Source of the DNA: an uncultured virus (IMG/VR IMGVR_UViG_3300037420_001897)
Taxonomy: Duplodnaviria > Heunggongvirae > Uroviricota > Caudoviricetes
Strand: one strand, 5' to 3'
DNA length: 64,000 bases
Virus record (IMG/VR): IMGVR_UViG_3300037420_001897
Both the position numbers and the translations under genes were made by a program. This document shows positions 38,001 through 46,885 of the stretch, piece by piece. Position 1 is the stretch's first letter. Every line of letters begins with the position of its first letter. The notes under the pieces were generated by a model. It was given only the letters and a program-made list of their open reading frames with translations, had not been told where the DNA came from and did no database searches.

Positions 38001-40493
38001 GCGCTGCTTGTCGGTCGCGGTGGCCGGGTCGTAGCCGGCGGCGGTCTGGGCCAACTCCTCGCGCTTCATCGCGATGGCGCGGGCCCGCTCCGCGTTCGAC
38101 GCGGCGAGGTACTTGGCCTGCTCACGCAGGAGGGCGACCTCGTCCTTGGCCTGCGCCACGAACTGGATGTTGCGCGCCCTGAGCTGCTCGGCGGCGTCGT
38201 CGGCCGAGGCCTTGCGGTGGGCCTGCAGGGCCGCGGTGGCGGCGTTCAGTGCGTTCTTCTGCGCCTGGGTCGCCCGCGTCCCGGCCTTCGTCACCTCTTC
38301 CTGGGCGTACTGCTGCGCGATGACGAGGGGGCGCAGCTGCAGCTCCGTCTCCATGGCCCGCTGGGCGGTGGCGAAGGTCTTGCCGCCGTAGGTCACGGCG
38401 TCGTTCGCCCTCGTCTGGGCGTCGGCGTGGGCCTGCAGCTCCGCCGCGGCCTTGGCGCTGGCCACCGCCTGCTTGGCGATGTTGGCGTTCATCTCCGCCG
38501 CGACGAACGCGTCGATGTCGCCCTGTCGCCGGATGGCCTTGCCGACGGCCTCGGCCCGCGCCTCGGCCTTCAGCGCCTCGATGCCGCTCTCGCCATAGGC
38601 CTGCGCCAGCTCGATGTTGGCCGCGGCCGTGGCGTTGGTGGCCTGGATCTCGCGCGCCAGGCGCTCCGCCAGCTTCTCCGCCGCGTTCGCCGCCTGCGTG
38701 GCCGCGGGCGTGTACTTCTTCTGGATCGCCGCCTCGATCTGCGCGGCGCGCGCCGCGCTGTCGAGCTCGCGGCTGTTCGGATTGACCTTGCGGATGGCCT
38801 CCTGCGCCTGCCGATAGCGGTTGATCTCCTCGCGCGCCGCCGCGGCGTTGTCCCCCATGGTGCGATAGACGCGGGCATGTTCGTCCTGGGCGCGGATCGC
38901 CGCCTGCTCGGCCTGGGCGCCGGCTTGCTGGGCCTGGGCGACGCGCCGGGCCTCCGTCTCGGTCGCCTGCATCGCCTTGAGCCGCGATTGCAGCACCTGG
39001 ATGTCGACCTGGGTGGCGCGGTCGGCCGGGGTGTTGCGGCCGGTCAGCAGCGCCTGCTTGCTGGCGATGTCGGCCTGCAGGCTGCGGATCTCGCCGGCCC
39101 GCGCCGCGCCCTCGTTGCCGAAGCTCTTCAGCGCCTGCCAGGCGTCGGAGATGGCGTTGGAGACGCCGCGCCAGGCCTTTTCGAGGATGCCGAGGTCGGC
39201 CTCACCCCGGGCCCGCTGCGCCGCCAGGGCCTGCGCGCTCATATAGGCGGTCGCTTCGGCGATCTTGCCCTGCTCCTGCAGCAGGCGGATGTGCTCGACC
39301 TGCACCGCCGTGATCAGGTGGTACTGCTCGTTGAACCTGATCGCGAAGGCGGTGACGTCATCGCCCATGCCGGCGAAGCTGCTGGCCACCTTGGCGCCGC
39401 TTTGGCCGGTCTGTTCCCCGAGCCTGACCGACAGCTCGCCGAGGGTCTGGATGGTCTGGCCGGTGAACTTGCCGGTCGAGACCAGGTCCTGCATCGCGGC
39501 TCTGGCCTTGCCGAAGCCGGTGTGGGTGGAGTCGGACACCTGAGCGGCCATGGTCTCGAACTGCACCGCCGTGACGCCGGCATAGTTGCCCGTCACCTTC
39601 AGGGCGTTGGACAGCTGGTTGGCGTCCTTCTCGCCGTCGAGGAAAGCCTTGCCGGCAAGCCCGAAGCCCGCGGCCAGCGCGCCGAAAATCCCAAGCAGCG
39701 GCACGGCCCGCGCGATCAGCGGCCCGAACGCCTCTCCAATGCCCTTGACGGCGGATCCGAACGTCACGCCGCGCTGCCTGGCGACGGCGAAGACCTCGCC
39801 GATCTGCGCCCCCTGCTGGATGGCGACCATCCAAGGGGCTTGGCCCGAAGCCAGCGACACGCCCACGTCGGAGAATTGCCGGCCGAGGTTCACCAGCTCA
39901 TGGCTGGCCAGCCTGGAGCCCTTCGCCAGCCGGTCGTTCTGCGCCTCGGCGCGCTTCATCCCGGCGTTGTAGATGCCGACGAAGTCGCGCTGCAGCTCGT
40001 CGTAGAGCGTGTCGAAGTGGTGGACCGCGACCTTGGCGCCATTGCCCGCCTTCTGGGTCTCGTCGCCCGCGTGCGTCACCTGGGTGGCGTAGCGCCCCAG
40101 CGCGAGCGAGGCGCCGTCGACGTTGGCGGTGACGGAACGGATGGAGACGGCGTAGCTGGCGTTCTCCGTCGCGGCGTGGCGCGTCGAGGCGGCGACCTGG
40201 TCCAGGGCGTTGGCCTCGCGCACCGCCGCAACGGCGCCCTCCGCCATGCCGCGCACGAAGTCGGCATGGCTCCGGGTTAGCGCCGCGATCTCCTTCACCG
40301 TGCGCTCGATGGAGGTGACCATGCGCAGGATGCCGGCCATGGCTTTGTCCGCCGCGGCCGAGGTGGCCGTGCCGGTCTTCACCGCCTGGTCCTCGGCCCG
40401 CTTGGCCGCCGCGTTCATCCGGTCGAGATTGTCCGCGGCGCCAGCCGCACCGCGGCTGTCGATGTCGTACTTGAGGTTGGCGACGTCGGTCAC
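35040..40493 (-). CDS. Tail tape measure protein
   Basis: 1817 aa, Ala-rich helical; lambda-H-like N-terminal QFSDVGVSLASGQAPWMVAIQQGAQI. Confidence 0.95.
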   Translation of the reverse strand: MTDVANLKYDIDSRGAAGAADNLDRMNAAAKRAEDQAVKTGTATSAAADKAMAGILRMVTSIERTVKEIAALTRSHADFVRGMAEGAVAAVREANALDQVAASTRHAATENASYAVSIRSVTANVDGASLALGRYATQVTHAGDETQKAGNGAKVAVHHFDTLYDELQRDFVGIYNAGMKRAEAQNDRLAKGSRLASHELVNLGRQFSDVGVSLASGQAPWMVAIQQGAQIGEVFAVARQRGVTFGSAVKGIGEAFGPLIARAVPLLGIFGALAAGFGLAGKAFLDGEKDANQLSNALKVTGNYAGVTAVQFETMAAQVSDSTHTGFGKARAAMQDLVSTGKFTGQTIQTLGELSVRLGEQTGQSGAKVASSFAGMGDDVTAFAIRFNEQYHLITAVQVEHIRLLQEQGKIAEATAYMSAQALAAQRARGEADLGILEKAWRGVSNAISDAWQALKSFGNEGAARAGEIRSLQADIASKQALLTGRNTPADRATQVDIQVLQSRLKAMQATETEARRVAQAQQAGAQAEQAAIRAQDEHARVYRTMGDNAAAAREEINRYRQAQEAIRKVNPNSRELDSAARAAQIEAAIQKKYTPAATQAANAAEKLAERLAREIQATNATAAANIELAQAYGESGIEALKAEARAEAVGKAIRRQGDIDAFVAAEMNANIAKQAVASAKAAAELQAHADAQTRANDAVTYGGKTFATAQRAMETELQLRPLVIAQQYAQEEVTKAGTRATQAQKNALNAATAALQAHRKASADDAAEQLRARNIQFVAQAKDEVALLREQAKYLAASNAERARAIAMKREELAQTAAGYDPATATDKQRAAHDAAVTSAGEAASAAEDLRTAQDAYNDSLNHTLTLLQEMAGHTEALGAVIASSFGQAGHAIDLLASGFATYKANQEQLRREEEEARKKLVLSEHATAEERAAVARREAEIGVEYAQKRQNAEVEANLAAIEGVKGLLSKKSAAYKVLTALELAYQAVQIAGVVIDAINTAKSIALATARAAAKGVEAIATAMASVPFPFNIAAAAATSAALIGFGVKLLGHGGGSTSAPSAEDIQKRQGTGTVLGDAAAKSESLTRAMEAVADNTNRDLEYSNGMLRHLRSIDSQIGALTGLLSRQLVSGGFLDASSIQGLGTRLSGGSVGGLLGGPIFDVLSKIPVIGGIIKGLFGTKKTTTLRDLGIDFDPQDLDAILSGGLAGDAYQSIDVKTKKKFFGITTSNKTKTTTTETPLEQDILTEMTRIIENLRGGVLQAAGVLGVEGAQAALAAFQVNLGTISFKDKTGEEIQAELEAVFGKLADEMAIAALPFLSQLQKVGEGAFETLARVARDYQVVDVTLQSIGRTFGSVGTASLVARERLIGLFDSLDDFVDKTTFFAENFLTEAERIAPIQAAVVKEFQRLGVTGVNNIEQFKQLVLGLDLTTTAGQDMYAALLAVAPAFKKVFDFISKGSEEVNGARDDLRRAYEKEASALEDLRDRHLDYAKSLGAYLDELTRGPAARLSPERQFLASQAHFRDVAARARLGDESALAEIQNAGEAYRTASEAYYASSGKHFENLDEIRTAVEAARATALRTASNADQQLTALKAQVSGLITLNESVLSVRDAITALQAAMAAAAAAAATNATPFSPATSATGATAPSYTYGTPAAGGFDAAGYLQHNPDVAQEFTNEMATAEGQAYLNAVGVKTAEDFARLHYDTFGKTEGRNPFATGGSFTVAGSGPKDFGPVTLHGGETANISRADTMAAMVTELKGLREDNKTLKGEVVSLRATLARHGQVTVEAQDRTGQRIERAVTRSSTERLKGGGRAA

Positions 40494-40969
40494 GGCTGCT
40501 CGCCTCCTCTCTTGCGGGTCACGGTGCGGCGCGGGATGGCCCGCGCGCCGTCTGGGTCATCGGCGGGCGCGGTCTGCTCGCGCTCCTGGCGCTGGTGCTC
40601 GGCGACAGCGCCGAGGTAGGCGTCGTCGAGCGCCTCGATCAACTCGACCTCCCATGGCGCGAGCCGGTTGCGCGTCAGGGTCTCGAAGGCCTGGATGTCG
40701 GGGAACTCGATGGGGTGCGGCCCGGCCTCGCCCGCCCCCTTGCGGCGACGCATGCGGCGATGGGCGCGCCACAGGTAGGCCAGCGCCTCCGGGAACGCCG
40801 GCTGGGCCAGCTTCTGCTTCAGTTCGGCGATCCGGGCGGCGTGCTGCTTACGCTCGGCCCGCTCCAGCATGGACTGGAGCCGGTCCCTGATGGTCCGGCT
40901 CCCGTCCCAGCGGCTTAGTTCGAAGTCTCGCTCGGCGAACTCGATCAGGGCGTCGGCGAGCGCGGCGTA
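40490..40969 (-). CDS. Tail assembly chaperone T segment (reached by -1 frameshift)
   Basis: The -1 frame is open from the TCT-TTT-A site to the TMP start; PEALAYLW...PIEFPDIQAF...PWEVELIEALD. Confidence 0.8.
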   Translation of the reverse strand, partial: YAALADALIEFAERDFELSRWDGSRTIRDRLQSMLERAERKQHAARIAELKQKLAQPAFPEALAYLWRAHRRMRRRKGAGEAGPHPIEFPDIQAFETLTRNRLAPWEVELIEALDDAYLGAVAEHQRQEREQTAPADDPDGARAIPRRTVTRKRGGEQP

Positions 40970-41430
40970 AAAGACGCGTTCTCACCCAGGAATTCGAGCC
41001 CCTGGACCAGGATGCCGCCCTTGCGGGGATCGAGCAGGATGGCCCGCGCGCTCTCGACGCTGAAGGGGAAATCCTGGCCGCCGCGGGTGGCGCCGCGCCA
41101 GCCGATCAGCCGCTCGATGACGAAGGTGGCGTTCTTGGCCCGCACCTCGTCCGGCGATTCCTCCACCGGCTTCCATTTGCGACCATTGGTCCGGGCCGCG
41201 TCCTTCTGGCTCTCCTCGTGCAGTCGCTCCCGCGCGATGCGGTTGGACTGCGCGATGGTCTTGGGATGGCCCGGGCCGGCGAAGGTCCACACCCACTGCG
41301 ACAGCCGCCCGTCGGGGGTGAGCACGGTCATGTCGGCGGTGTCGACGGTGTCGAACGCGTCGATGTCGGAGACGAGGGCGGCGTCAGCCGTCTGCGAGGT
41401 CGTTTCGGGTTCGAGGTCTTCGGTCTTCAT
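40945..41430 (-). CDS. Tail assembly chaperone G
   Basis: Between tail tube and TMP; ends ...ENASFTPRSPTP. Confidence 0.85.
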   Translation of the reverse strand: MKTEDLEPETTSQTADAALVSDIDAFDTVDTADMTVLTPDGRLSQWVWTFAGPGHPKTIAQSNRIARERLHEESQKDAARTNGRKWKPVEESPDEVRAKNATFVIERLIGWRGATRGGQDFPFSVESARAILLDPRKGGILVQGLEFLGENASFTPRSPTP

Positions 41431-41444
41431 GTTCGGTCTTTCCG

Positions 41445-41475
41445 AAAAAGCACCTGGGGAATGACCCCAGGAGTG
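41445..41475 (-). terminator. Terminator/attenuator after the major tail gene
   Basis: Minus strand CACTCCTGGGG-TCATT-CCCCAGGTG-CTTTTT. Confidence 0.7.
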
Positions 41476-41512
41476 AAGTTGGCGGGAGGGTTTTTGTGTT
41501 TCTGGCGGCGGG

Positions 41513-42025
41513 TTACGCCGAGATCTCGGCCGAGGAGACCTCGTAGATCCCGGTGTTGATGGCGATGGGGAAGGTGCGGCGAGTGACGGTGTTGACCTGT
41601 CCCTGCTGGACCCGCCTCGACATGACCAGGCCGGCGAAATACTCCACCGAGTCCGTGAAGTTCTCGGCCCGGGCGTCGGCGTGGGTGACCTTGAAGGCGT
41701 AGTTGAGGTCGCTGCCGTCGGCGGCGATCAGCGCCACCTGGCCGTCGTCCAGCGGGTCGCGACCCACCACGATGTTCTTCGTGCCGGCGTCGCGCGGGCC
41801 CTTCAGCTTGCGCACGCGGCGGTTGCCGACGGCGGTGAAGGTGATGGCCTCGGACGAGTCGCCATGCTCGCCCATGTCCTCGACCTCCTCGATCTCGACC
41901 CACTGGTCTTCCGAGATCGCCTCGAAGGTGTTGACGGCGTCGTAGTCGGACATGGCGTTGATCGTGTCCGGGTTGATCTGCGGGCCGATGTAGATCTTCG
42001 ACCCCGCGGTTTTGTGGATCGCCAT
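41513..42025 (-). CDS. Major tail tube protein
   Basis: AGSKIYIG...WVEIEEVEDMGEHGD...RVRKLKGPRDAG; RBS AAGGAG. Confidence 0.88.
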   Translation of the reverse strand: MAIHKTAGSKIYIGPQINPDTINAMSDYDAVNTFEAISEDQWVEIEEVEDMGEHGDSSEAITFTAVGNRRVRKLKGPRDAGTKNIVVGRDPLDDGQVALIAADGSDLNYAFKVTHADARAENFTDSVEYFAGLVMSRRVQQGQVNTVTRRTFPIAINTGIYEVSSAEISA

Positions 42026-42092
42026 GGGATGGCTCCTTCATGGTTGTGACGAAGCCGGCGCCCATCCCGGCATATGGGGGCGTGCCCTGGCC

Positions 42093-42512
42093 TTAAGCCG
42101 ACCAGGGGATGGTGACGGGCACCCGGACCTCGCTGCCGTCGGGCATCGGGGTGTGCACCGTGGGCTCCCGGTCGAGGCTGACCTTGGTGGAGCCGTTGAA
42201 GAGAGCGGTATTCTTGGCGAAGTGCGCCGCCACCTCGTCCGCCAGCTGGGTCGGCGCGACCACGCCGGCGTTGCGGGGGAAGACAACGGTCGCCTGGGCT
42301 ATGCCCTGGTCCAGCACGCCATTGGTGACGCCCTCGTAGCCGGGGCGGTTGAGGAAGGCGACGAACTCGATGTAGCGACCGTCCGGCGCGTCGGTCTTCG
42401 GGTCGAAGTCGCTCGGCTCCTCGGGGAAGGTCACCGGCAGGGCGGGCGAGCCAACGCTGAGCGTGTCGGCGCGGGCGAACAGGGCGAGCAGGATCTCGGC
42501 GCGCTTCGTCAT
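42093..42512 (-). CDS. Tail terminator/completion protein (DUF4128-like)
   Basis: Position; GIAQATVVFP..AG, VPVTIPW. Confidence 0.75.
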   Translation of the reverse strand: MTKRAEILLALFARADTLSVGSPALPVTFPEEPSDFDPKTDAPDGRYIEFVAFLNRPGYEGVTNGVLDQGIAQATVVFPRNAGVVAPTQLADEVAAHFAKNTALFNGSTKVSLDREPTVHTPMPDGSEVRVPVTIPWSA

Positions 42513-42946
42513 GCCCCTGCCCTCCTCTTGGCCTCAGCCGTCACTTCGTCGACGATCCGCGGCCAGTTCTGCGCCGCCAGCAGGATCCAGGGCCGGCCCG
42601 CCCGGCCCCGCGCGCCGAAGTGGACGTACCGGGCGTAGTTGGCGCCGTAGGCGAAGGTGATCACGTCGCCGACCTTGGCGTTCGAGATCACCAGCGACAC
42701 CGCGGTATCGTCGTAGCGCACCGGGCCGCCCGCTTCGGGCTTGCCCTGGAGGGGTGGCACGGAGCCGTTGAGGGACGCGTGGAGCGAGGCTCTCAAGTAG
42801 CCCGTATCAACCGGGATATTGCCGCCCTTGGCCACCGGCGTCTGGGCCAGCTCCACGACGCGCTGCGCGCTCTCCCGCAGCACAGCGTCCTGCCGCGCCT
42901 TCGTCTCCCTGACCCAGGCGTCGACCTGGGCGGCGAAGCTGGGCAT
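42509..42946 (-). CDS. HK97 gp10-like tail completion protein
   Basis: SFAAQVDAWV, IPVDTGYLRAS, ANYARYVHFG. Confidence 0.8.
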   Translation of the reverse strand: MPSFAAQVDAWVRETKARQDAVLRESAQRVVELAQTPVAKGGNIPVDTGYLRASLHASLNGSVPPLQGKPEAGGPVRYDDTAVSLVISNAKVGDVITFAYGANYARYVHFGARGRAGRPWILLAAQNWPRIVDEVTAEAKRRAGA

Positions 42947-43974
42947 CAGGCGGCGAGGTTCGCCAGGTGGTCGATGCGGTAGTCGGCCTGGCAGTGGCAG
43001 CCCAGGGTGTGCTTCGCCGGCGCCTCCGGGTCGTGCGGGTACAGCATGCGGGTCCCGTCCGGCATGACGAAGACCTCCTCGAGCCCGACCGATTCCCCGT
43101 CCATCTCGACGTGCTGGATCCGGGGGTTCTCGTTGGCCATGTGCCGCCAGATCTTCCGCACCGCCTGCTGCGACACCGCCCCGCCTTGTACGGCCTGGCG
43201 GTACGCCTCCTGCTTCGACGCCTGCAGCGAGGTGAAGGCCTCGTTCTTGCCGATCGTCTCGCCGCGCAACTGGAGCAGCCGGTTCTTGTACTGCCGCAGC
43301 GCCTTGCCTGCGATCTCGGCCGGCAGCGGCTTCTCCTCGCGGATCGCCTTCAGCACGGAGCGGTCGAAGCGCTTGTCGCGGCGCTTGCGCTCCAGATAGG
43401 CCTTCAGCTGCGCCGGATCGTCCGACCGGAGCTGGTCGCGGGCCGCCTCGACGGCGCCCTGCTGCTGCGCCGTCAGCCCGATGATCCCGCCGTCCCGCTT
43501 GCCCGTCGACGGATCGACCCGGCCGACCAGGTCCAGCGCCGTCGTCCGCGGGTTCTCGCCCCGCGCCATGCCGGCGGCGAGCGCCTGGCGCACGGCCTGG
43601 CGCTGGTCGTCGACGATCCGCGTCACCAGGCTCGAGGAATGGATCGAGAGCCACAGCTCGGCCCGCCTGTTGCGCACGTCGAACCGCACCACGGCCGCCA
43701 CGCCGCTGGCCTGGGTGATGAACCCCGCCGCCGTCGTGCCGGAGGCGACGTAGGCCGCCCTCACGCCCTCCAGCATGGCGGAGTAGGCCGCCGCGTCGAT
43801 GTGGGCCGCAGCGATCGCCGCGTCGAGGTCGCCCAGCTGGATCGCGGCGATGAGACGCTGCAGGTCGGCGCCGGCGCGCAGGTCCGCAACGGCCGCCATG
43901 AAGGCGTCGGCGATCTCGACGCCGTAGCGCTCGACTAAGGCGGCGTAGAACTGCCGCTCGGCGGTGCGGGCCAT
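42946..43974 (-). CDS. Head morphogenesis/minor head protein (Mu gpF/SPP1 gp7-like)
   Basis: GENPRTTA, KIWRH...RIQH...DG...F...MLYPHDP...GCHC. Confidence 0.8.
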   Translation of the reverse strand: MARTAERQFYAALVERYGVEIADAFMAAVADLRAGADLQRLIAAIQLGDLDAAIAAAHIDAAAYSAMLEGVRAAYVASGTTAAGFITQASGVAAVVRFDVRNRRAELWLSIHSSSLVTRIVDDQRQAVRQALAAGMARGENPRTTALDLVGRVDPSTGKRDGGIIGLTAQQQGAVEAARDQLRSDDPAQLKAYLERKRRDKRFDRSVLKAIREEKPLPAEIAGKALRQYKNRLLQLRGETIGKNEAFTSLQASKQEAYRQAVQGGAVSQQAVRKIWRHMANENPRIQHVEMDGESVGLEEVFVMPDGTRMLYPHDPEAPAKHTLGCHCQADYRIDHLANLAA

Positions 43975-43977
43975 GGC

Positions 43978-44187
43978 TCAGCGCCTAAGGATCGCCTTCA
44001 CGGCCTCGGCCGCGTCGCCGCTTAGATCGAGATAGCCGTCGAGCACGTCATGGGCCTCCTGGCGCATCCGCTCGAGCTCGTCGGCCTGGGCGCCGCGGAG
44101 CACGGCGGCCTGGTAGGCCTGGCCCCGGGAGATCAGGTCCATGACCGCGGCCGAGGCCAGCGTCAGCGCCCTGTCGTGGTCAGCCAT
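43978..44187 (-). CDS. Hypothetical protein
   Basis: Short coupled ORF. Confidence 0.55.
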   Translation of the reverse strand: MADHDRALTLASAAVMDLISRGQAYQAAVLRGAQADELERMRQEAHDVLDGYLDLSGDAAEAVKAILRR

Positions 44188-44389
44188 GAGGCGCCCATTC
44201 CGACCACGCCGCCGGCGTAGCGCCGCGCGTGCCGTCGCGCAGGAGGTTGGTATTCGCCTCGCTGATCGTGGTCTCGCGGCCGCAGTTTAGGCAGCGATGC
44301 TCCGAGCCTAGCGCGGGTGCGGGTGCGATGTCCTCGTCGACGCCGCAGGCCGGACATTCGAACTCGGCGATGAGGGTCGCGTCAGCCAC
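44180..44389 (-). CDS. Small Zn-ribbon protein
   Basis: CPAC...CLNC; overlapping neighbours. Confidence 0.55.
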   Translation of the reverse strand: MADATLIAEFECPACGVDEDIAPAPALGSEHRCLNCGRETTISEANTNLLRDGTRGATPAAWSEWAPHG

Positions 44390-44606
44390 GCGTCACCGCC
44401 GAAAGGGCGCTGCGGTTCATCAGGTCGCGGCGGCTGGGGCGAGAGAGGTTCGTGTAGAGCACGCGCTTCTTGACCAAGGTGAGCGGCCTTCCGCCATCCT
44501 CCAGGCCGTCGGGGCTGAGCGCCACAAACGCGGCCACGGATTCGGCGGCGAGGTCGTCGATGAACAACCACGTCCTGGTCCTTTGCGCTGGGATGCCGCC
44601 CATCAC
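44382..44606 (-). CDS. Hypothetical protein
   Basis: Coupled ORF. Confidence 0.45.
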   Translation of the reverse strand: MMGGIPAQRTRTWLFIDDLAAESVAAFVALSPDGLEDGGRPLTLVKKRVLYTNLSRPSRRDLMNRSALSAVTRG

Positions 44607-44986
44607 CGCCTCGCATGCGCCTTGTAGAGCACAGTAACACCGCCGGGCGAAACCTTCACCACCCCCTCGCCATCCTCGTCCTTGCCCAGGATCCGGTGCT
44701 CGACGCCGCCCAGCACCAGCTTATGGCTCGGCAGGGGCTCGACCGCGAGGTCGCCCACGGCGATCAGCACCTTCTTGTCGGTGGCCAGGATCGACGTGCC
44801 GTCACGCTCCCGCGCCGAGTAGCCCGTCACAACGACCCTGATGGGGTGGTCGACCGACGCGCCCGGCGTGGGGTCGTAGCGCGGCCCGGTGGCGGTCCCG
44901 GGCACCCGCAGCACGGCGTCGGCGCCGCAGCGGGCGATCAGGCGGTCGGCGCTGGCTTTGGTGCGGCCGTAGTTGAAGGTCGGCAT
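44603..44986 (-). CDS. Head closure (stopper) protein
   Basis: FNYGRTKASADRLIARCG...DGTSILATDKKVL...LYKAHAR; follows the adaptor. Confidence 0.8.
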   Translation of the reverse strand: MPTFNYGRTKASADRLIARCGADAVLRVPGTATGPRYDPTPGASVDHPIRVVVTGYSARERDGTSILATDKKVLIAVGDLAVEPLPSHKLVLGGVEHRILGKDEDGEGVVKVSPGGVTVLYKAHARR

Positions 44987-45522
44987 CAGACCCGGACCGC
45001 CCGGCCCGCCAGGCTGGACGAGGTCGCCTTCAGGAACCCGCCGATCAGGTCCATGACCTGGGTCAGCTCCGGCCGCGAGGCGGCGGCGGTCTGCGGCGCG
45101 GCGAAATACTCCGTCTCCAGCACGTCGATCTTCTCGCGCTTGATCCGGTCCGTCATGGTCACCGCCGGCGACAGGCCGCCGGGGTTGGCGCGCTCATAGG
45201 CGGCGGCGATGGCGCAGGCCTGCTGGATCTCGATCGGCACCTCGTCGTTGCCGACATCCTCGCCCTCGCCATCGGTCAGGTCGTCGCGCGGGAAGGCCTG
45301 GCCCTGGTCCCGGCCGTGGGTCCGCGTTCCCTTCCAGGTCCACGCATTGGAGAGCCAGGTCGAGGCCCGCCGGATCGCGGCTTCGTCATCATCGGCCGGG
45401 GAGCGGGGGTTGTCGGTCCAGCCGGTGAGGCCCTGGCCCTCGCAGAAGGTGGTGCAGAACTCCAGCGTGATCAGAGCGTCGGCGCCGGGGACGCCGCTAC
45501 CATCCTCAGGCGTCAGCGCCAT
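44986..45522 (-). CDS. Head-tail adaptor (DnaT-like domain family)
   Basis: MALTPEDGSGVPGAD, WKGTR...Q..AFPR, VPIEIQQAC, KREKIDVLETEY. Confidence 0.85.
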   Translation of the reverse strand: MALTPEDGSGVPGADALITLEFCTTFCEGQGLTGWTDNPRSPADDDEAAIRRASTWLSNAWTWKGTRTHGRDQGQAFPRDDLTDGEGEDVGNDEVPIEIQQACAIAAAYERANPGGLSPAVTMTDRIKREKIDVLETEYFAAPQTAAASRPELTQVMDLIGGFLKATSSSLAGRAVRV

Positions 45523-45524
45523 GG

Positions 45525-45968
45525 TCAGCCCTCCCGCCTCAGGATGTTGATCTCACCCGCGCTCCACGGGTCGAGCTCGATGGCCGCGGCCACGGCCTGC
45601 TCCGCCGACGCGCCCACCGCCATAGCGCCGAGCGCGAAATGCTCACCACTCCCGATGGCCCAGAAGGCTCCGGTGAGTGGGCCGCTCCATTCGAGGTTGT
45701 TGCTGGCGTAGAAGACGCCACCGTCTGGCCGCACCATCAACGCCGTGAAGCTCTCGGGCTTGAGGCTGTCGTTTGTGACCACCTGGCACCCGCCTTCGAC
45801 CCACCGCCGCACCTGCGCGTCTCCACCCACGCTCGTGGTGCTCACCCCGAGCAAGGTGCCGTCCGCCAGGCGGTGGATCTTCTTCTTCCAGCCGATGGGC
45901 GTCTTGTCGCCACTGTAGGCGCGGCTGTCGGAAGCCAGGACGCCGTCCCGGTACACGATGGTGGTCAT
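45525..45968 (-). CDS. HslV/proteasome-beta-like Ntn threonine peptidase
   Basis: N-terminal MTTIVYRDGVLASDS, K, AIGSGEHFALGAM, AIELDPWSAG. Confidence 0.8.
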   Translation of the reverse strand: MTTIVYRDGVLASDSRAYSGDKTPIGWKKKIHRLADGTLLGVSTTSVGGDAQVRRWVEGGCQVVTNDSLKPESFTALMVRPDGGVFYASNNLEWSGPLTGAFWAIGSGEHFALGAMAVGASAEQAVAAAIELDPWSAGEINILRREG

Positions 45969-46885
45969 TGCGCGGTCACCTGCTGGTAGTCCGACGTCGC
46001 GCCGCTGAACCACTCCTTGCCCGCCCCGGCGACAAACGCGGTCGCGGCGGCCGGGTTATCGGTCTCGTCGCCCTCCCCGTCGAGCAGCTGCGTGATGGGC
46101 ACGGTCCGGCCGTCGCTGAGCAGCGCCAGACGCTTGGCGAGGTGGATCGATTCGACGTCGAGCGGCTTCACCGGCTCGCCGACGTAGTGCTTGCGCACCC
46201 ACGGCAGCCGCTGGGCGCCCGGATCCCAAGGATCGGTCGTGCCGTGGAAGATCACGATCCGGGCGCCGGCGGGCAACACCTGTGGCTGGCGCAGGAGGTG
46301 GTTGCGGTAGCTGTAGACGCCGTCCCGCACGCCCCACTTCGCCTCGCCACCGCCCAGGCAATGGCTGATCCAGGCCTGGTCCGAGCCCCACTGGCCCGCC
46401 GCACGGGCGGCGCGGGGCGAAGCGACCGGGTCGAAGTCGTCCCACACCTGGGGCCGGGCCCCGGCGGTGAGCAGCATCATCGAGCCGTTGTAGTGGGTGG
46501 TCTTGTTCGTATCGCCCCAGAACACGACGTCTTCGGGCCGATCCCAAAGCGGGCGCAGGTCGGCGGTGATGACGCAGTCCAGGTCCAGGCTGACGAACCG
46601 CTCCCCGAAGAGCTCGCCCGCGTCGCGGCGGAACATCCGCAGGCGGCGGTAGCAGCTGGGGTTGGCCCGGCCGTGCGGGCTGGGCAGGTCGGCGAGGTCG
46701 TCCCACAACGGAACCACCTGGACGCGCGGATCCAGGCCGGCCGGATCGTCGGTGACGCAGATGAAGCGGTGCGGGGCGCGGTAGTGCCTGGCGACCATCG
46801 CCCTGAGCGTGTTCACCGCCGCCGGGCCGAACTTGGACCTGTAGCCGGGGTTCGGCGCCCATTTCCAGCAGATGACGGACAGCAT
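45965..46885 (-). CDS. Glycosyltransferase (GT-A fold)
   Basis: VICWKW, FICVTDD, SLDLDCVI (DxD), NGSMML, GSDQAWI, IVIFHG..DPW. Confidence 0.85.
   Translation of the reverse strand: MLSVICWKWAPNPGYRSKFGPAAVNTLRAMVARHYRAPHRFICVTDDPAGLDPRVQVVPLWDDLADLPSPHGRANPSCYRRLRMFRRDAGELFGERFVSLDLDCVITADLRPLWDRPEDVVFWGDTNKTTHYNGSMMLLTAGARPQVWDDFDPVASPRAARAAGQWGSDQAWISHCLGGGEAKWGVRDGVYSYRNHLLRQPQVLPAGARIVIFHGTTDPWDPGAQRLPWVRKHYVGEPVKPLDVESIHLAKRLALLSDGRTVPITQLLDGEGDETDNPAAATAFVAGAGKEWFSGATSDYQQVTAQ

Noticed and set aside
34134..40280. Long + strand ORFs (968 aa, 820 aa) opposite the tail genes
   Set aside because: Antisense shadow ORFs typical of high-GC DNA; no motifs, and they overlap clear - strand genes.
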